Assembly: GCA_964016885.1 (NCBI GenBank)
Contig: OZ024742.1
Span: 254,758,001 to 254,822,000, forward strand
DNA: 64,000 bases
From: Eledone cirrhosa
Lineage: Eukaryota
Reading direction: 5' to 3'
Within the stretch, counting starts at the first letter, position 1, and each line of letters begins with the position of its first letter. The notes below the pieces were generated by a model. The model made no database searches, was not told where the DNA came from, and saw only the letters and a program-made list of their open reading frames with translations. This document shows, in pieces, positions 27,360 through 42,289 of this stretch. The position numbers and the translations under genes are program-made.

Positions 27360-27361
<2 letters not shown>
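26945..27361 (-). mobile_element. 417-bp HHR-bearing insertion in (TA)n, absent from the duplicate copy
   Basis: The equivalent site at 30268-30315 is uninterrupted (TA)n; HHR at 27049-27096. Confidence 0.85.
27049..27096 (-). ncRNA. type I hammerhead ribozyme, U3-A8 core variant
   Basis: AACAT-TTGAAAA-GATGG..CCATC-GAAA-CCGG-TC-ATTTT. Confidence 0.75.
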
Positions 27362-27424
<63 letters not shown>

Positions 27425-27618
27425 AAAAAATGGGGAGAAGAATACTGCAGGTTGCACATCGATAACATGTTATAAAATGAGTCCCTCATCAGTGATTTGC
27501 CAACGATCATAGATATTTCATTGCATTAAAAATCATATACCTCACGTTGGTGCAATAATAACTAAATTAAGTTATTAGGACAATTAAAACGCGTAAAGCG
27601 AGTGAGACAAGTAAACAA

Positions 27619-27818
27619 NNNNNNNNNNNNNNNNNNNNNNNNNNNNNNNNNNNNNNNNNNNNNNNNNNNNNNNNNNNNNNNNNNNNNNNNNNNNNNNNNN
27701 NNNNNNNNNNNNNNNNNNNNNNNNNNNNNNNNNNNNNNNNNNNNNNNNNNNNNNNNNNNNNNNNNNNNNNNNNNNNNNNNNNNNNNNNNNNNNNNNNNNN
27801 NNNNNNNNNNNNNNNNNN
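27619..27818. other. assembly gap (200 N)
   Basis: Run of n. Confidence 1.
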
Positions 27819-28102
27819 AAAGTCAACCTCGGCGGGATTTGAACTCAGATCATAAAGGGATGTAACTAAATAGTATACGTAATAATAATTGTTTCTACTT
27901 TAGGCACAAGGCCAGCAATTACCCAGTGCATTACTGGTACTTTATTTTATCGACCCCGTAAGGATGAAAGGCAAAGTCAACCTCGGCGGGATTTGAACTC
28001 AGATCGTAAAGGGACGTAACTATGCTGGAAAGCATGGCGCCCGACCCTCTACCGATACTGCCAATCCACCACCCTTATATACGTAATATACGTAATAATA
28101 AT

Positions 28103-29346
<1,244 letters not shown>

Positions 29347-29680
29347 TATATATATATATATATATATATTGTTATACTTGGGGAGGGTCATATTTGCGTA
29401 ATATTGCCAGAATTAATAACAGAACACACTCACTGTTTGGTTGGTTTTCGCTTCTCGCTGTCTTTTATTATATCTGCGATCTAACTTACTCGGTCCTCAA
29501 TGTTGCCATTGACTGACCGGCGGTCAAAAATAATACAGATACAATATAGACACAAACACATATATATATATATATAGTTTACATAATTTACATAAATCTT
29601 TCGTTGCACATCTGCAACATCGTCAGTGGTGTTATATTCATTGTTCCTCCTGTTGTGTTGTATGTCTACGCCATTTTTTC

Positions 29681-29711
<31 letters not shown>

Positions 29712-30267
29712 TGTATACAGATACAGACACATATACATATGGCAAACTCACACACGCATATGTGCACATACACACACTCACATGTTAATAGATTTTACTC
29801 TTATTGGAACGCTCTCACACACACACACGCACACATGTTAATAGTTATACGTCATGTATCTTTGACAGTATCAAAAGACAGCGTCTTTCACTCTCTCTCT
29901 CTCCCTCCCGCTATCTCCCTCTTGTAGTATGTCTCTTTCTTTTACTCTCACTCTCTCTCTCTCTTTGTAACTTACATTCTATCGAAAAACGCTGTTACGA
30001 ATGGGAGGAGTAAGAGGAGAAAAAAGCGACTTCGTCACTTCGCCTCACCGTTTCTTTCTCTCCCCTCTCACTCCCTCATTATGTAGAGACATTGGTCACT
30101 TCACTAATTTGATCCCTAGAACAGAAGAATTTTAATTTTTTTTTTGCTCAAAACATTTCCGGGGTCATATTTATTACACCTGTAAAGTTTGAAAAACAAC
30201 CGTTTGGTACTTTTTGAGTTTCAGGGAAACAGACACACAGACATCCTCTGTTTTATATATAGATATA

Positions 30268-30316
<49 letters not shown>

Positions 30317-30320
<4 letters not shown>

Positions 30321-31175
30321 AAAAAATAGGGAGAAGAATACTGCAGGTTGCACATCGATAACATGTTATAAAATGAGTCCCTCATCAGTGATTTGCCAAC
30401 GATCATAGATATTTCATTGCATTAAAAATCATATACCTCACGTTGGTGCAATAATAACTAAATTAAGTTATTAGGACAATTAAAACGCGTAAAGCGAGTG
30501 AGACAAGTAAACAACAAAGAGGAAAGCTAACCGTAGATAGGAAGAGACACAAGCTACATAGTTATTCTATCAATATAAGCTGGGTGAATATATGAGCGAG
30601 TAGAAATTAGACCTTTCGAGATGAATCCAATGTAAGAAAGAAGGAAACTGTTTTCGTCGCGAACGGGGTGAAGTGAGAAGGGGAGAAACAGTGAGTGAGT
30701 GAGTGGAAGTGTGAGGATGAGGTCAGTAGAGAGAAAGTGTTAACTGACATGACAGAGGGGACGAAATAGAGTAAGAGAAACAGAGAGAACGAGTGAGCAG
30801 TAAGAGAGAGAGAGAGAAAAACAGAATCGCAGTTTAGGTAAATATATGTGAAAAAATTGGGAGAAGAATACTGCAGGTTGCACATGGATAGCATGTTATA
30901 AAATGAGTCCCTCATCAGTGATTTGCCAACGATCATAGATATTTCATTGCATTAAAAACCATATACCTCACGTTGGTGCAATAATAACTAAATTAAGTTA
31001 TTAGGACAATTAAAACGCGTAAAGCGAGTGAGACAAGTAAACAACAAAGAGGAAAGCTAACCGTAGATAGGAAGAGACACAAGCTACGTAGTTATTCTAT
31101 CAGTATAAGCTGGGTAAATATATGAGCGAGTAGAAATTAGACCTTTCGAGATGAATCCAATCTAAGAAAGAAGGA
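30317..31175 (-). repeat. 530-bp partial tandem repeat between (TA)n runs, with CTGATGA motif on minus strand
   Basis: 30317-30645 repeated at 30847-31175; diverged relative at 63632-63710. Confidence 0.75.
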
Positions 31176-31179
31176 AAAA

Positions 31180-32022
<843 letters not shown>

Positions 32023-32315
32023 TTACGATTAGACCTATCTTCCCACACTCACACACACACACCCACATACCTACACCTTCATGCATTCTCCCACACACAT
32101 ATACAGGCACGTATATAAAATAAAAAATAAAAAATAAAAAATAAAAAATAAAAAATAAAAAAAAAACCCTAAACAAACCCCTCTTAAAGGGAGACTACTC
32201 TTTATCCACCTAATTTTAATTCTTTGATATTAGAGTTAGAACAGATACTCTATACTATTTCCGGTCAGCATGGCTTGACTAGAGATTTAAGACGCTAGTT
32301 TGAGACCTTTACTTC

Positions 32316-32350
32316 CCTCCGAAGAAGAGATATTATCTCGAAAATTAAGG
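32316..32350 (+). ncRNA. minimal HHR-like motif, U4C core variant (second copy 35462-35496)
   Basis: CCT-CCGAAGA-A-GAGAT-ATT-ATCTC-GAAA-AT-TA-AGG located in the pLTR. Confidence 0.62.
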
Positions 32351-32483
32351 ACATTTAAATAAATTCAAGGTGAAAGACGAATTATCATCAATATCTTTCA
32401 CTATTGCATTATTTTTTCTATGTCCATACCTGCATTGTTTTGGCCTTATTACACATATTCAAACGTTTATACCTCATTACACA

Positions 32484-35060
32484 ATGCTTCAAGTGAACTA
32501 TAACCTCCTCCTTTCATTACGCCTAAGCCAGGCCCAGTTCACAACTGTAAAGAAACTCTTCCAGCTATCTGAAAAGCGCGCCAAAGCCGGCTGCCAAATA
32601 AACTTCCTAAAACGATGCCTGAATAACAACATCATCCCCAAAACCATCAAAAATTTACACCTACCAACATGCTTCAAATCACCAGGCCTCAAACGATCAC
32701 TCAGTTACATACAAAAATTCTGCCTAAGAAAACTCATACAACACCTACACCGCATGCTACAACATCACATACGGACTATTTCCAGCCTTGTACCACAACT
32801 CGCTGAAACCCCAGAACCTCTGTCCAGGGTCATCTCCGCCACTATAGACAGGTCATACCACCACCGACCGAGACTACGAGAAAATACGCCTAACGCAAAC
32901 ATTTCTCAAACTCAGGACGGCCAACTGTCTTAACAACATCCCAACGCTAAACACCAACAGAGGCGAACAATACGTTACCAACACCGAACCTAGCGGCACC
33001 CCGACCAACAACATACCTGACGCAAAACACCTCGTCACAGACTTGACAGGATCCCTCTCCCGAGAGGAATTAGACCTCCTCAGCCTGGGTCCCAAGTTCA
33101 TATTGAAACAGAGACTGGACGACAGATTATGGCTCGACATAGAAACGAATTTCTGTCGGGCTGCCTACCAACTGAAATGGATATCAACTCTCGACAACAA
33201 CACCACGGAATCCACCACACTCAGATTCCCGATATACCAACTAGATCGCCCACTCTATCCACCGCCCGCGAGCTGGAAGAAAAACTCTCGAGACTAAAAC
33301 ATTCCGTATTTAACATCTTACGGAAACAGAAGAAGATGGCCCCTAACCTCTCCAGGACACAACAACTCGCCCTGAAGAACCTACGGAATAAGGAACTTAT
33401 TTACTTACCATCCGACAAAAGTAAAGAGTTCTGCGTCATCTCTCAAGCCACATACAATAACCTAGCCTTCGAACACCTAAGCGACAGTGAATTGTACACA
33501 GTGATCCCGGACATGACTGCAGCCCAAATCGAAAAACAGACCAACTCCATTTGGTTCGATATCTGTAGGAGAAGACAACTCCCGAATAAAATTAAGCTCA
33601 ACTACACCACTAGAAATAGCAGACTGCCCACTTTCTACCACCTCATCAAGACCCACAAGAATAGCACTAAGACGCAAATAAGACCCATCGTCTCTAGCAT
33701 AGAAGGACCCCTATACAAAATTTCCTGGCTTCTCTCCCAGGTCCTCAAGCCTCTACTCTCCACCTTCCCCGGGCATGTCAGTAGCTCCGACGAAGTTATA
33801 CGTAGACTACACCAACTCCAGCCAGAACAACTTAAACTAAATAAATACGCTTTTAGCCTCGACGTTGTCTCCCTCTACACTACAGTCCCCGCTCACCCAG
33901 CTGTCGATTTATTGACAGACTGCGTGGTCGCAGAGAACATCCACTGCTACGGCCTCCACCCGACGGACATACACCAGCTTTTGTCCTTCACAGTAGACAA
34001 CACGTACTTCACCTTCCACCATCACACATACAGACAGACAACAGGATTACCCATGGGATCCAGCCTTTAGGGCCTGCTGGCCATCACCTACATGAACCAG
34101 CTAGAATGCCGAGACCTCAACACCTGCCACTCCCATGCCTTCTTCACCCGATATGTAGATGACATACTCATCCTTACATCATCCCGTGAGGAGGCAGACC
34201 AAATATACACAACATTCTCCAGCATGGACGCCAGTATAAAGTTCAGCATGGAATACCCCGATGACCGCGGATCCCTATCCCTACTGGACTTCCAACTCAA
34301 GGTAACAGAGGAAGGCAACATCCACACCTGCTTCTATAAAAAATCCGCCAGCAGGGACCTGTTCGTACATTTCAGATCGGCCCTCCCACTCGGTGCCAAG
34401 TTCGGATACATAAAGGACGAACTGGCACGTATCAAGAACAAATGCACCGACGCCAGAGACCGAGACACACACACCACACATTTCCTGGAAGTACTCAAAC
34501 TGAACAGATACACGACATCCACCACAAACCGTGCCAGAAAGAACAGAGGACACCACACCCGAGGCACTAACACTTGCTTCCTGAAGCTCCCACACTTCAG
34601 TGAAGAAACAACAACAGCCATCCGCAGAGCCATCAGACGAGAGGGACTGGATATCCAACTGGCCCACTCGGGTCCTTCTCTGCGCGGACGGCTGGCCAAG
34701 AGACACTCCACCAGACATGACAACTGCTGCAGACTAGCCAACTGCCCCATCAACGACACAGACCTATGCCACCAGGCTTACGTAGTATACAGACTAGAGT
34801 GTGACAAATGCAACAACTTCTACGTAGGTAGCACCACCAGACCACTCCACATAAGAATAAAAGAACACCTCAATACTAACTCTTCCTCATTTAAGAAACA
34901 CCTAGTTAAATGCAAAAACACCGATAAAAACATAACAGTTAGGATAGAAACTAAGGAAAGAAACCTCGGCAATCTTAGAATTAAGGAAGCACTTATTACA
35001 GATAAAACACATCCACCAATCAATAATAGACTAGAGCTCAACACCCAATTTATAACCTGA
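32484..35060 (+). pseudogene. PLE polyprotein (RT + GIY-YIG) with two frameshifts and one stop
   Basis: LSLGPKF, PSDK, YHLIKTHK, RPIVS, SLDVVSLYT, GLPMGS, RYVDD, VVYRLECDKCNNFYVGSTTRPLHIRIKEH. Confidence 0.93.
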
Positions 35061-35714
35061 TAGGGCCTCTAGCCCCATATTTACACACCCCACACACACG
35101 CACGCGCACACACACACGCTTACACCTCCACTTATTCTCTCTCACACATACACACACAAAACCAGTTCTAACACCAGATAACACCTACCCCCCACTTTTA
35201 CGATTAGACCTATCTTCCCACACTCACACACACACACCCACATACCTACACCTTCATGCATTCTCCCACACACATATACAGGCACGTATATTAAAAAAAA
35301 AACAAAAAAAAACCCTAAACAAACCCCTCTTAAAGGGAGACTACTCTTTATCCACCTAATTTTAATTCTTTGATATTAGAGTTAGAACAGATACTCTATA
35401 CTATTTCCGGTCAGCATGGCTTGACTAGAGATTTAAGACGCTGGTTTGAGACCTTTACTTCCCTCCGAAGAAGAGATATTATCTCGAAAATTAAGAACAT
35501 TTAAATTAATTCAAGGTGAAAGACGAATTCTCATCAATATCTTTCACTATTGCATTCTTTTTTCTATGTCCATACCTGCATTGCTTTGGCCTTATTACAC
35601 ATATTCAAACGTTTATACCTCATTACACAATGCTTCAAGTGAACTATAACCTCCTCCTATATATATATATTATATATATTATATATATATATATACTATA
35701 TATATATATAATAT

Positions 35715-35746
<32 letters not shown>

Positions 35747-35775
35747 ATATGTATATATATATACATATAATATAT

Positions 35776-35809
<34 letters not shown>

Positions 35810-35824
35810 GTATATAATATATAG

Positions 35825-35856
<32 letters not shown>

Positions 35857-35934
35857 TATAGTATATATATATAATATATATATATAATATATATATATAC
35901 TATATATATACTATATATATATATACTATATATA

Positions 35935-36023
<89 letters not shown>

Positions 36024-36081
36024 ATACAATATATATATATATATATATACATATATATATACTATATATATATATATATAC

Positions 36082-36113
<32 letters not shown>

Positions 36114-36253
36114 ATATATTATATATTATATATATATTATATATGTATATATATATACATATTATATATATATATATATTATATATATATATATTATATA
36201 TATATATATTATATATATATATATATGTATATATAATATATATATACATATAT

Positions 36254-36285
<32 letters not shown>

Positions 36286-36354
36286 CATATATAATATATA
36301 TATATATAATATATATATATATACTATATATATATATATATAGTATATATATAA

Positions 36355-36738
36355 GAGAACATTAGTCTACGACCTTTTTATACCATAAACGTGGTTCTGT
36401 CTTTGCGCGTAATTGTTTTTCACCGCTCCTATTAATGACGTATTATTCGTTTTTTCCCGTTCTTTGCCAGCGAACGTTTCCACGAACCAAAGTATCGTCT
36501 TCCTGTCTTCCTCCGGTTGCAACGTTTTTTGAAATATCCAGTTCTGCGTTTACAGATTGACTTTGTTAGTTTCAGAAGATCCCGTTAAGGGCGAAAGCAG
36601 CGATTCTTTGCTTAAACTTTTGCTTAAACTTTAATCTGTTATTTTAATAAATATTTGCTCTACGGTTCTTATATATTTGATATATATTTTCCTTATCGAG
36701 TCCTCTTTGGATTTTAGTCTTCAATTATATTATTATTA
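36355..36738 (+). mobile_element. short non-coding (TA)n-flanked element of the CAGAAGA-HHR family
   Basis: Homologous pieces at 22370-22435, 23600-23770, 41315-41600 and 62875-63167. Confidence 0.8.
36568..36618 (+). ncRNA. type I hammerhead ribozyme, U4A core variant
   Basis: AGTTT-CAGAAGA-T-CCC-GTTAA-GGG-C-GAAA-GCA..TGC-TT-AAACT; all three stems pair. Confidence 0.72.
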
Positions 36739-36834
36739 ATATATAGTATATATATATATGTATATATATATATAGTATATATATATATATAATATATATA
36801 TATATATAGTATATATATATATAATATATATAAT

Positions 36835-36876
<42 letters not shown>

Positions 36877-36979
36877 TAGATATATATATATATAATATAT
36901 ATATATATATAATATCTATATATATAATATATATATATATATATAATATATATATATATAATATATATATATATAATAT

Positions 36980-37011
<32 letters not shown>

Positions 37012-37034
37012 ATATATATATATATATATAATAT

Positions 37035-37104
<70 letters not shown>

Positions 37105-37217
37105 TATATAATATATATATAATATAATATATATATATAATATATATATATACATATAATATATATATATAATATATATATAATATATATAGATATATAA
37201 TATAATATATATATAAT

Positions 37218-37294
<77 letters not shown>

Positions 37295-37350
37295 TATATA
37301 TATATATATAGTATATATATATATATATATAGTATATATATATATATATA

Positions 37351-37384
<34 letters not shown>

Positions 37385-37408
37385 TATATATATATATATA
37401 TATATATA

Positions 37409-37514
<106 letters not shown>

Positions 37515-37529
37515 ATATATATATAGTAT

Positions 37530-37990
37530 ATAGGAACAAGTAAGACCCCAGGTAGATCCAGTTGCCCCCTCGACAACAGATGCAGAGACCGTAATGTGAT
37601 CTACCAGTGCAACGTGAGCACGGACACCTCCAACAAAGCTTATATAGGATTAACCGCATGCGACTTCAAGACACGGCTATACCAACACGGACATACCTTC
37701 CGAAACCCGGCCCGGCGTCACGCCACTACACTTTCGGGCTACATATGGGACCTCAAGGACAACAACATCAACTATGATCTCACTTGGAAATTACTGTCCA
37801 GAGCCAACTCTTACACGGGAGGACGCCGTCCGTGCAATTTATGCTCGGAGGAAACATTCTAAAAAAAAAGATGAAAAAATAAAGAAAACGGGGTCTTACT
37901 TGTTCCTATTACCCACTCTACTACCCTAAGTATTGAGTACTTTGGTGCGTTACGGTCCACCTGGTTCCTTACCACATTTCCTTCGTTATA
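37530..37990 (+). mobile_element. PLE GIY-YIG fragment bracketed by 20-bp inverted pLTR pieces
   Basis: CPLDNRC..VIYQC..AYIGLTACDFKTRLYQH..CNLC; 37530-37549 is the reverse complement of 37890-37909. Confidence 0.88.
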
Positions 37991-38021
37991 TAGTATATAT
38001 ATATATAGTATATATATATAT

Positions 38022-38120
<99 letters not shown>

Positions 38121-38492
38121 TATATATATATATGTATATATGGTTGCTAGACACTGTACTGCTTAATTCGGGATGTTTGTTTACATACACACCGAGCATT
38201 ATCATAAATGTTCGCTGAATCCATACGTACATATATATATGTTTGCATGTATGTATATATATACATACTACTGTACGTCTGTATACATATATGTATGTAC
38301 GTATACATACTTATATTTAAGTAACAGCCGTCCTAAGAGTGAGAAATGAAATTTCGTTTCATTTTTTCCGTTTATCGTTTTGGGTACCCCGGCCGAATAA
38401 CTCACTCGATATGGAAATTAGGCTGCTCAGCCGTTAATATGCCTAAGGAAAGTATATACTTTCAGACATTCAACCATCTGGCAGGAAGGTAT

Positions 38493-38535
38493 ACGTTGCT
38501 GACGATAGCTAATAAGCTTGAAACAAGTACAGCGT
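38493..38535 (+). ncRNA. type I hammerhead ribozyme
   Basis: ACGTTG-CTGACGA-T-AGCT-AATA-AGCT-T-GAAA-CAAG-TA-CAGCGT. Confidence 0.88.
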
Positions 38536-38922
38536 TCTTTTGTTAATGTTGAACAAACGAGCAACGATGGTTGCTAGACACTGTACGGTTTAATTCGGGA
38601 TGTTTGTTTACAAACACACCGAGCATTATAATAAATGTTCGGTGAATCCATACGTACATATATATATGTGTGCATGTATGTATATATATACATACTACTG
38701 TATGTCTGTATACATATATGTATGTACGTATACATACTTATATTTAAGTAACAGCCGTACTAAGAGTGAGAAATGAAATTTCGTTTCATTCTATTCCATT
38801 TATTGTTTTCGGTGTGCCCGGCCGACTGAACTCACTCGATATGCAAATTAGGCTGCTCACCCGTTAATATGCATAAGAAAAGTATATACTTTCAGACGTT
38901 CAACCATCTGGCAGGAAGGAAT

Positions 38923-38965
38923 ACGTTGCTGACGATAGCTAATAGACTGGAAACTAGTACAGCGT
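38923..38965 (+). ncRNA. type I hammerhead ribozyme
   Basis: ACGTTG-CTGACGA-TAGCTAATAGACTG-GAAA-CTAG-TA-CAGCGT; palindromic stem III. Confidence 0.82.
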
Positions 38966-39477
38966 TCCTTTGTCAGTGTTGAACAAATGAGCAATGATGG
39001 TTGCTAGACACTGTACGGCTTAATTCGGAATGTTTGTTTACAAACACACCGAGCATTATAATAAATGTTCGGGGAATCCATACGTACATATATATATGTA
39101 TGTATATATATACATACTACTGTATGTCTGTATACATATATGTATGTACGTATACATACTTATATTTAAGTAACAGCCGTACTAAGAGTGAGAGATGAAA
39201 TTTCGTTTCATTTTTTCTCTCTCTCTCTCTCTATATATATATAATATATATATATATATAGTATATATATATATATACTATATATATATAGTATATATAT
39301 AGTATATATATAGTATATATATAGTATATATATATATAGTATATATATATAGTATATATATATATATATAATATTTATAAATATAATATATATATATAAT
39401 TGTTTCTACTTTAGGCACAAGGCACAAGAAATCTTTCGATTGCAAGGCCAATGCTCTAACCACTAAGCCATGTGCCT

Positions 39478-39546
<69 letters not shown>

Positions 39547-39740
39547 ATATATATATTATATATATTTATATAAATATATTATAAATATATATATATATTA
39601 TATATATATAAATATATTATATAAATATATATAGTATATATATATATATATAGTATATATATATATATATATAGTATATATATATGTATATATATATATA
39701 GTGTATATATATATATATAATATATAATATATATATATAT

Positions 39741-39793
<53 letters not shown>

Positions 39794-39813
39794 TATATAT
39801 ATATATATATATA

Positions 39814-39863
<50 letters not shown>

Positions 39864-39887
39864 TATATATATATATATATATATATA

Positions 39888-39989
<102 letters not shown>

Positions 39990-40021
39990 GTATATATATA
40001 TGTATATATATATATATATAG

Positions 40022-40087
<66 letters not shown>

Positions 40088-40184
40088 TATGTATATATAT
40101 AATATATATATATATAATATATATATATATATATAATATATATATATAATATATATATATATAATATATATATATATATATAAT

Positions 40185-40218
<34 letters not shown>

Positions 40219-40380
40219 ATATATATATATATAATATAGATATATATAATACAATATATATAATATATATATATATACATATAATATATATATATATATA
40301 TAATATAGATATATATAATACAATATATATAATATATATATATATACATATAATATATATATATAATATATATATATAAT

Positions 40381-40448
<68 letters not shown>

Positions 40449-40504
40449 TAGGAACCAGTAAGACCCCGACGGCTGAGCTCAAGCCGTTTTGACGGCTAAT
40501 TCTG

Positions 40505-41232
40505 ATTTAAATTTCAAAATTCAAACCTTTTCCGCAGATCAATCTGAACCTCAAAATCCAAACATGTTTCGCAAACGATGGTATACAAGTTAAATAATAA
40601 AATTTTCTGTGCTTATCAATAGATACCCAGAAAAATTAGATTACTTCACCTCGAAAAAATTCTGAAGGTCTGGTTTACGAGCACAAACGCACGAGGTTTT
40701 GCACTCGGTTGTTCCAGCTCACTAGCTATCTCATACTCATGGCCCCATGAGTATGAGATAGCTAGTGAGCTGGAAGAACCGAGTGCAAAACCTCGTGCGT
40801 TTGTTCTCGTAAACCAGACCTTCAGAATTTTTTCGAGGTGAAGTAACCTAATTTTTCTGGGTACCTATTGATAAGCACAGAAAATTTTATTATTTAACTT
40901 GTATACCATCGTTTGCGAAACATGTTTGGATTTTGAGGTTCAGATTGATCTGCGGAAAAGGTTTGAATTTTGAAATTTAAATTTGTCTAGGTACCACGGC
41001 TATTTGCCAATATGAGTTTGTGTATATTGATTTATTATTTTTTAAATCGATACACGCAGGCTATATTTATTTGAATTAGTTTGTTTCATTCTAGCTAACT
41101 TTTGTCTTTTACAATACAAACACTTAGGTGTCTATCATATATTAATTTATATTAACTTGTATTGCACGGCTCAGAAATGCTTCTTTCTTTGAGCTAATTA
41201 ATTGTAAATGACTCTTTGAGTGTATACTCTAA

Positions 41233-41235
<3 letters not shown>
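40505..41235. repeat. near-perfect foldback (arms 40505-40740 / 40747-40982) plus 3' tail, HHR on each strand
   Basis: ~236-bp arms with few mismatches around a GGCCCC centre. Confidence 0.92.
40556..40624 (-). ncRNA. type I hammerhead ribozyme, U3-A8 variant (mirror copy 40863-40931 plus)
   Basis: ATCTA-TTGATAA-GCA..TGC-GAAA-CATG-TT-TGGAT. Confidence 0.75.
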
Positions 41236-41290
<55 letters not shown>

Positions 41291-41314
41291 TATTATATAT
41301 ATGTATATATATAT

Positions 41315-41600
41315 TAATTAAAATAACAGATTAAAGTGTAAGCAAAGAATCGCTGCTTTCACCCTTAACGGGATCTTCTGAAACTAACAAAGTCAATCTT
41401 TAAACGCAGAAGTGGATATTTCAAAAAACGTTGCAGCCTGAGGAAGACAGGAAGACGATACTATGGTTCGTGGAAACGTTCGCTGGCAAAGAACGGGAAA
41501 AAACGAATATAATACGTCATTAATAGGAGCGGTGAAAAACAATTACACGCAAAGACAGGACCACGTTTATGGTATAAAAGAAGTCGTAGACTAATATTCT
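41315..41600 (-). mobile_element. CAGAAGA-HHR family element (HHR 41335-41385)
   Basis: Reverse complement of 36360-36650. Confidence 0.8.
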
Positions 41601-41899
41601 AATAGGTGGTTCATAGAGACGTTCTCTTGCAATGAACGGAACAAACGAAGATAATACGTCATATGTGACCTGCCCCTCCGCCTTCAACTGTCCCTTTTTA
41701 GTTGCTATCCTCACCATCATTGCATACCTCAATCTCATGCATGCCCCTCCAGTATCACCCATTAGCTTCTTTCATTCTAAGGTCCCTAGGTGCCCTCACT
41801 AGTACCTGCTGCACCCCATCCCACTCATGTTCCATCCACTACTACTTCTTAGCTAATCTCTCTATTATTACACCCCCCTTGAATCCTGACATACACTGC

Positions 41900-42280
41900 A
41901 GAGTGCCTTCTGCCCATCCAATGCTTTTGACCACACTGCCCACATATCCAGCAATATGGTTCTGCATTTTGAGATCAACTCCCCCTATTTTGACCAGCTC
42001 TTCCTCTATTGCAGCTTCTATCCACTGGGATCTCATGATACTGCTTAAATCAATGACAATCATCCATACACATTACATGTATAATCCAACACAGATTTCT
42101 CTCTAATACTCAGTTTTACTGTCACTTCATCCTTGCTTCACTGCTCATGTACATTAACATCACACTTATATCAGAGTACACTAACTTTATTTCTGTTCAG
42201 CCTTCACATATCCTCTGCATTCGCTGCATGTCTCACTACTGTGCAATGTCTCACACAAAGACATTTTACACTCTGCCTTT
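41900..42280 (-). pseudogene. degenerate RTE LINE 3' relic
   Basis: Minus-strand ACATTGCACAGTAGTGAGACATG..GCAGAGGATATGTGAAGGCTG resembles the LHGSETW..EDIRRL region of the RTE copies. Confidence 0.55.
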
Positions 42281-42289
42281 CTTTTGTTT

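Larger units (their letters stand above)
32023..35658 (+). mobile_element. near-complete Penelope-like element with direct pLTRs (32023-32512, 35198-35658)
   Basis: Direct repeats overlap the ORF start (MLQVNYNLL); RT + GIY-YIG; 3' end runs into (TA)n. Confidence 0.96.
38141..39215 (+). mobile_element. retrozyme-like array: 2.5 head-to-tail monomers of 427-430 bp with one HHR per full monomer
   Basis: Monomer starts at 38141, 38568 and 38998; many internal hairpins; (TA)n flanks; no credible ORF. Confidence 0.85.
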
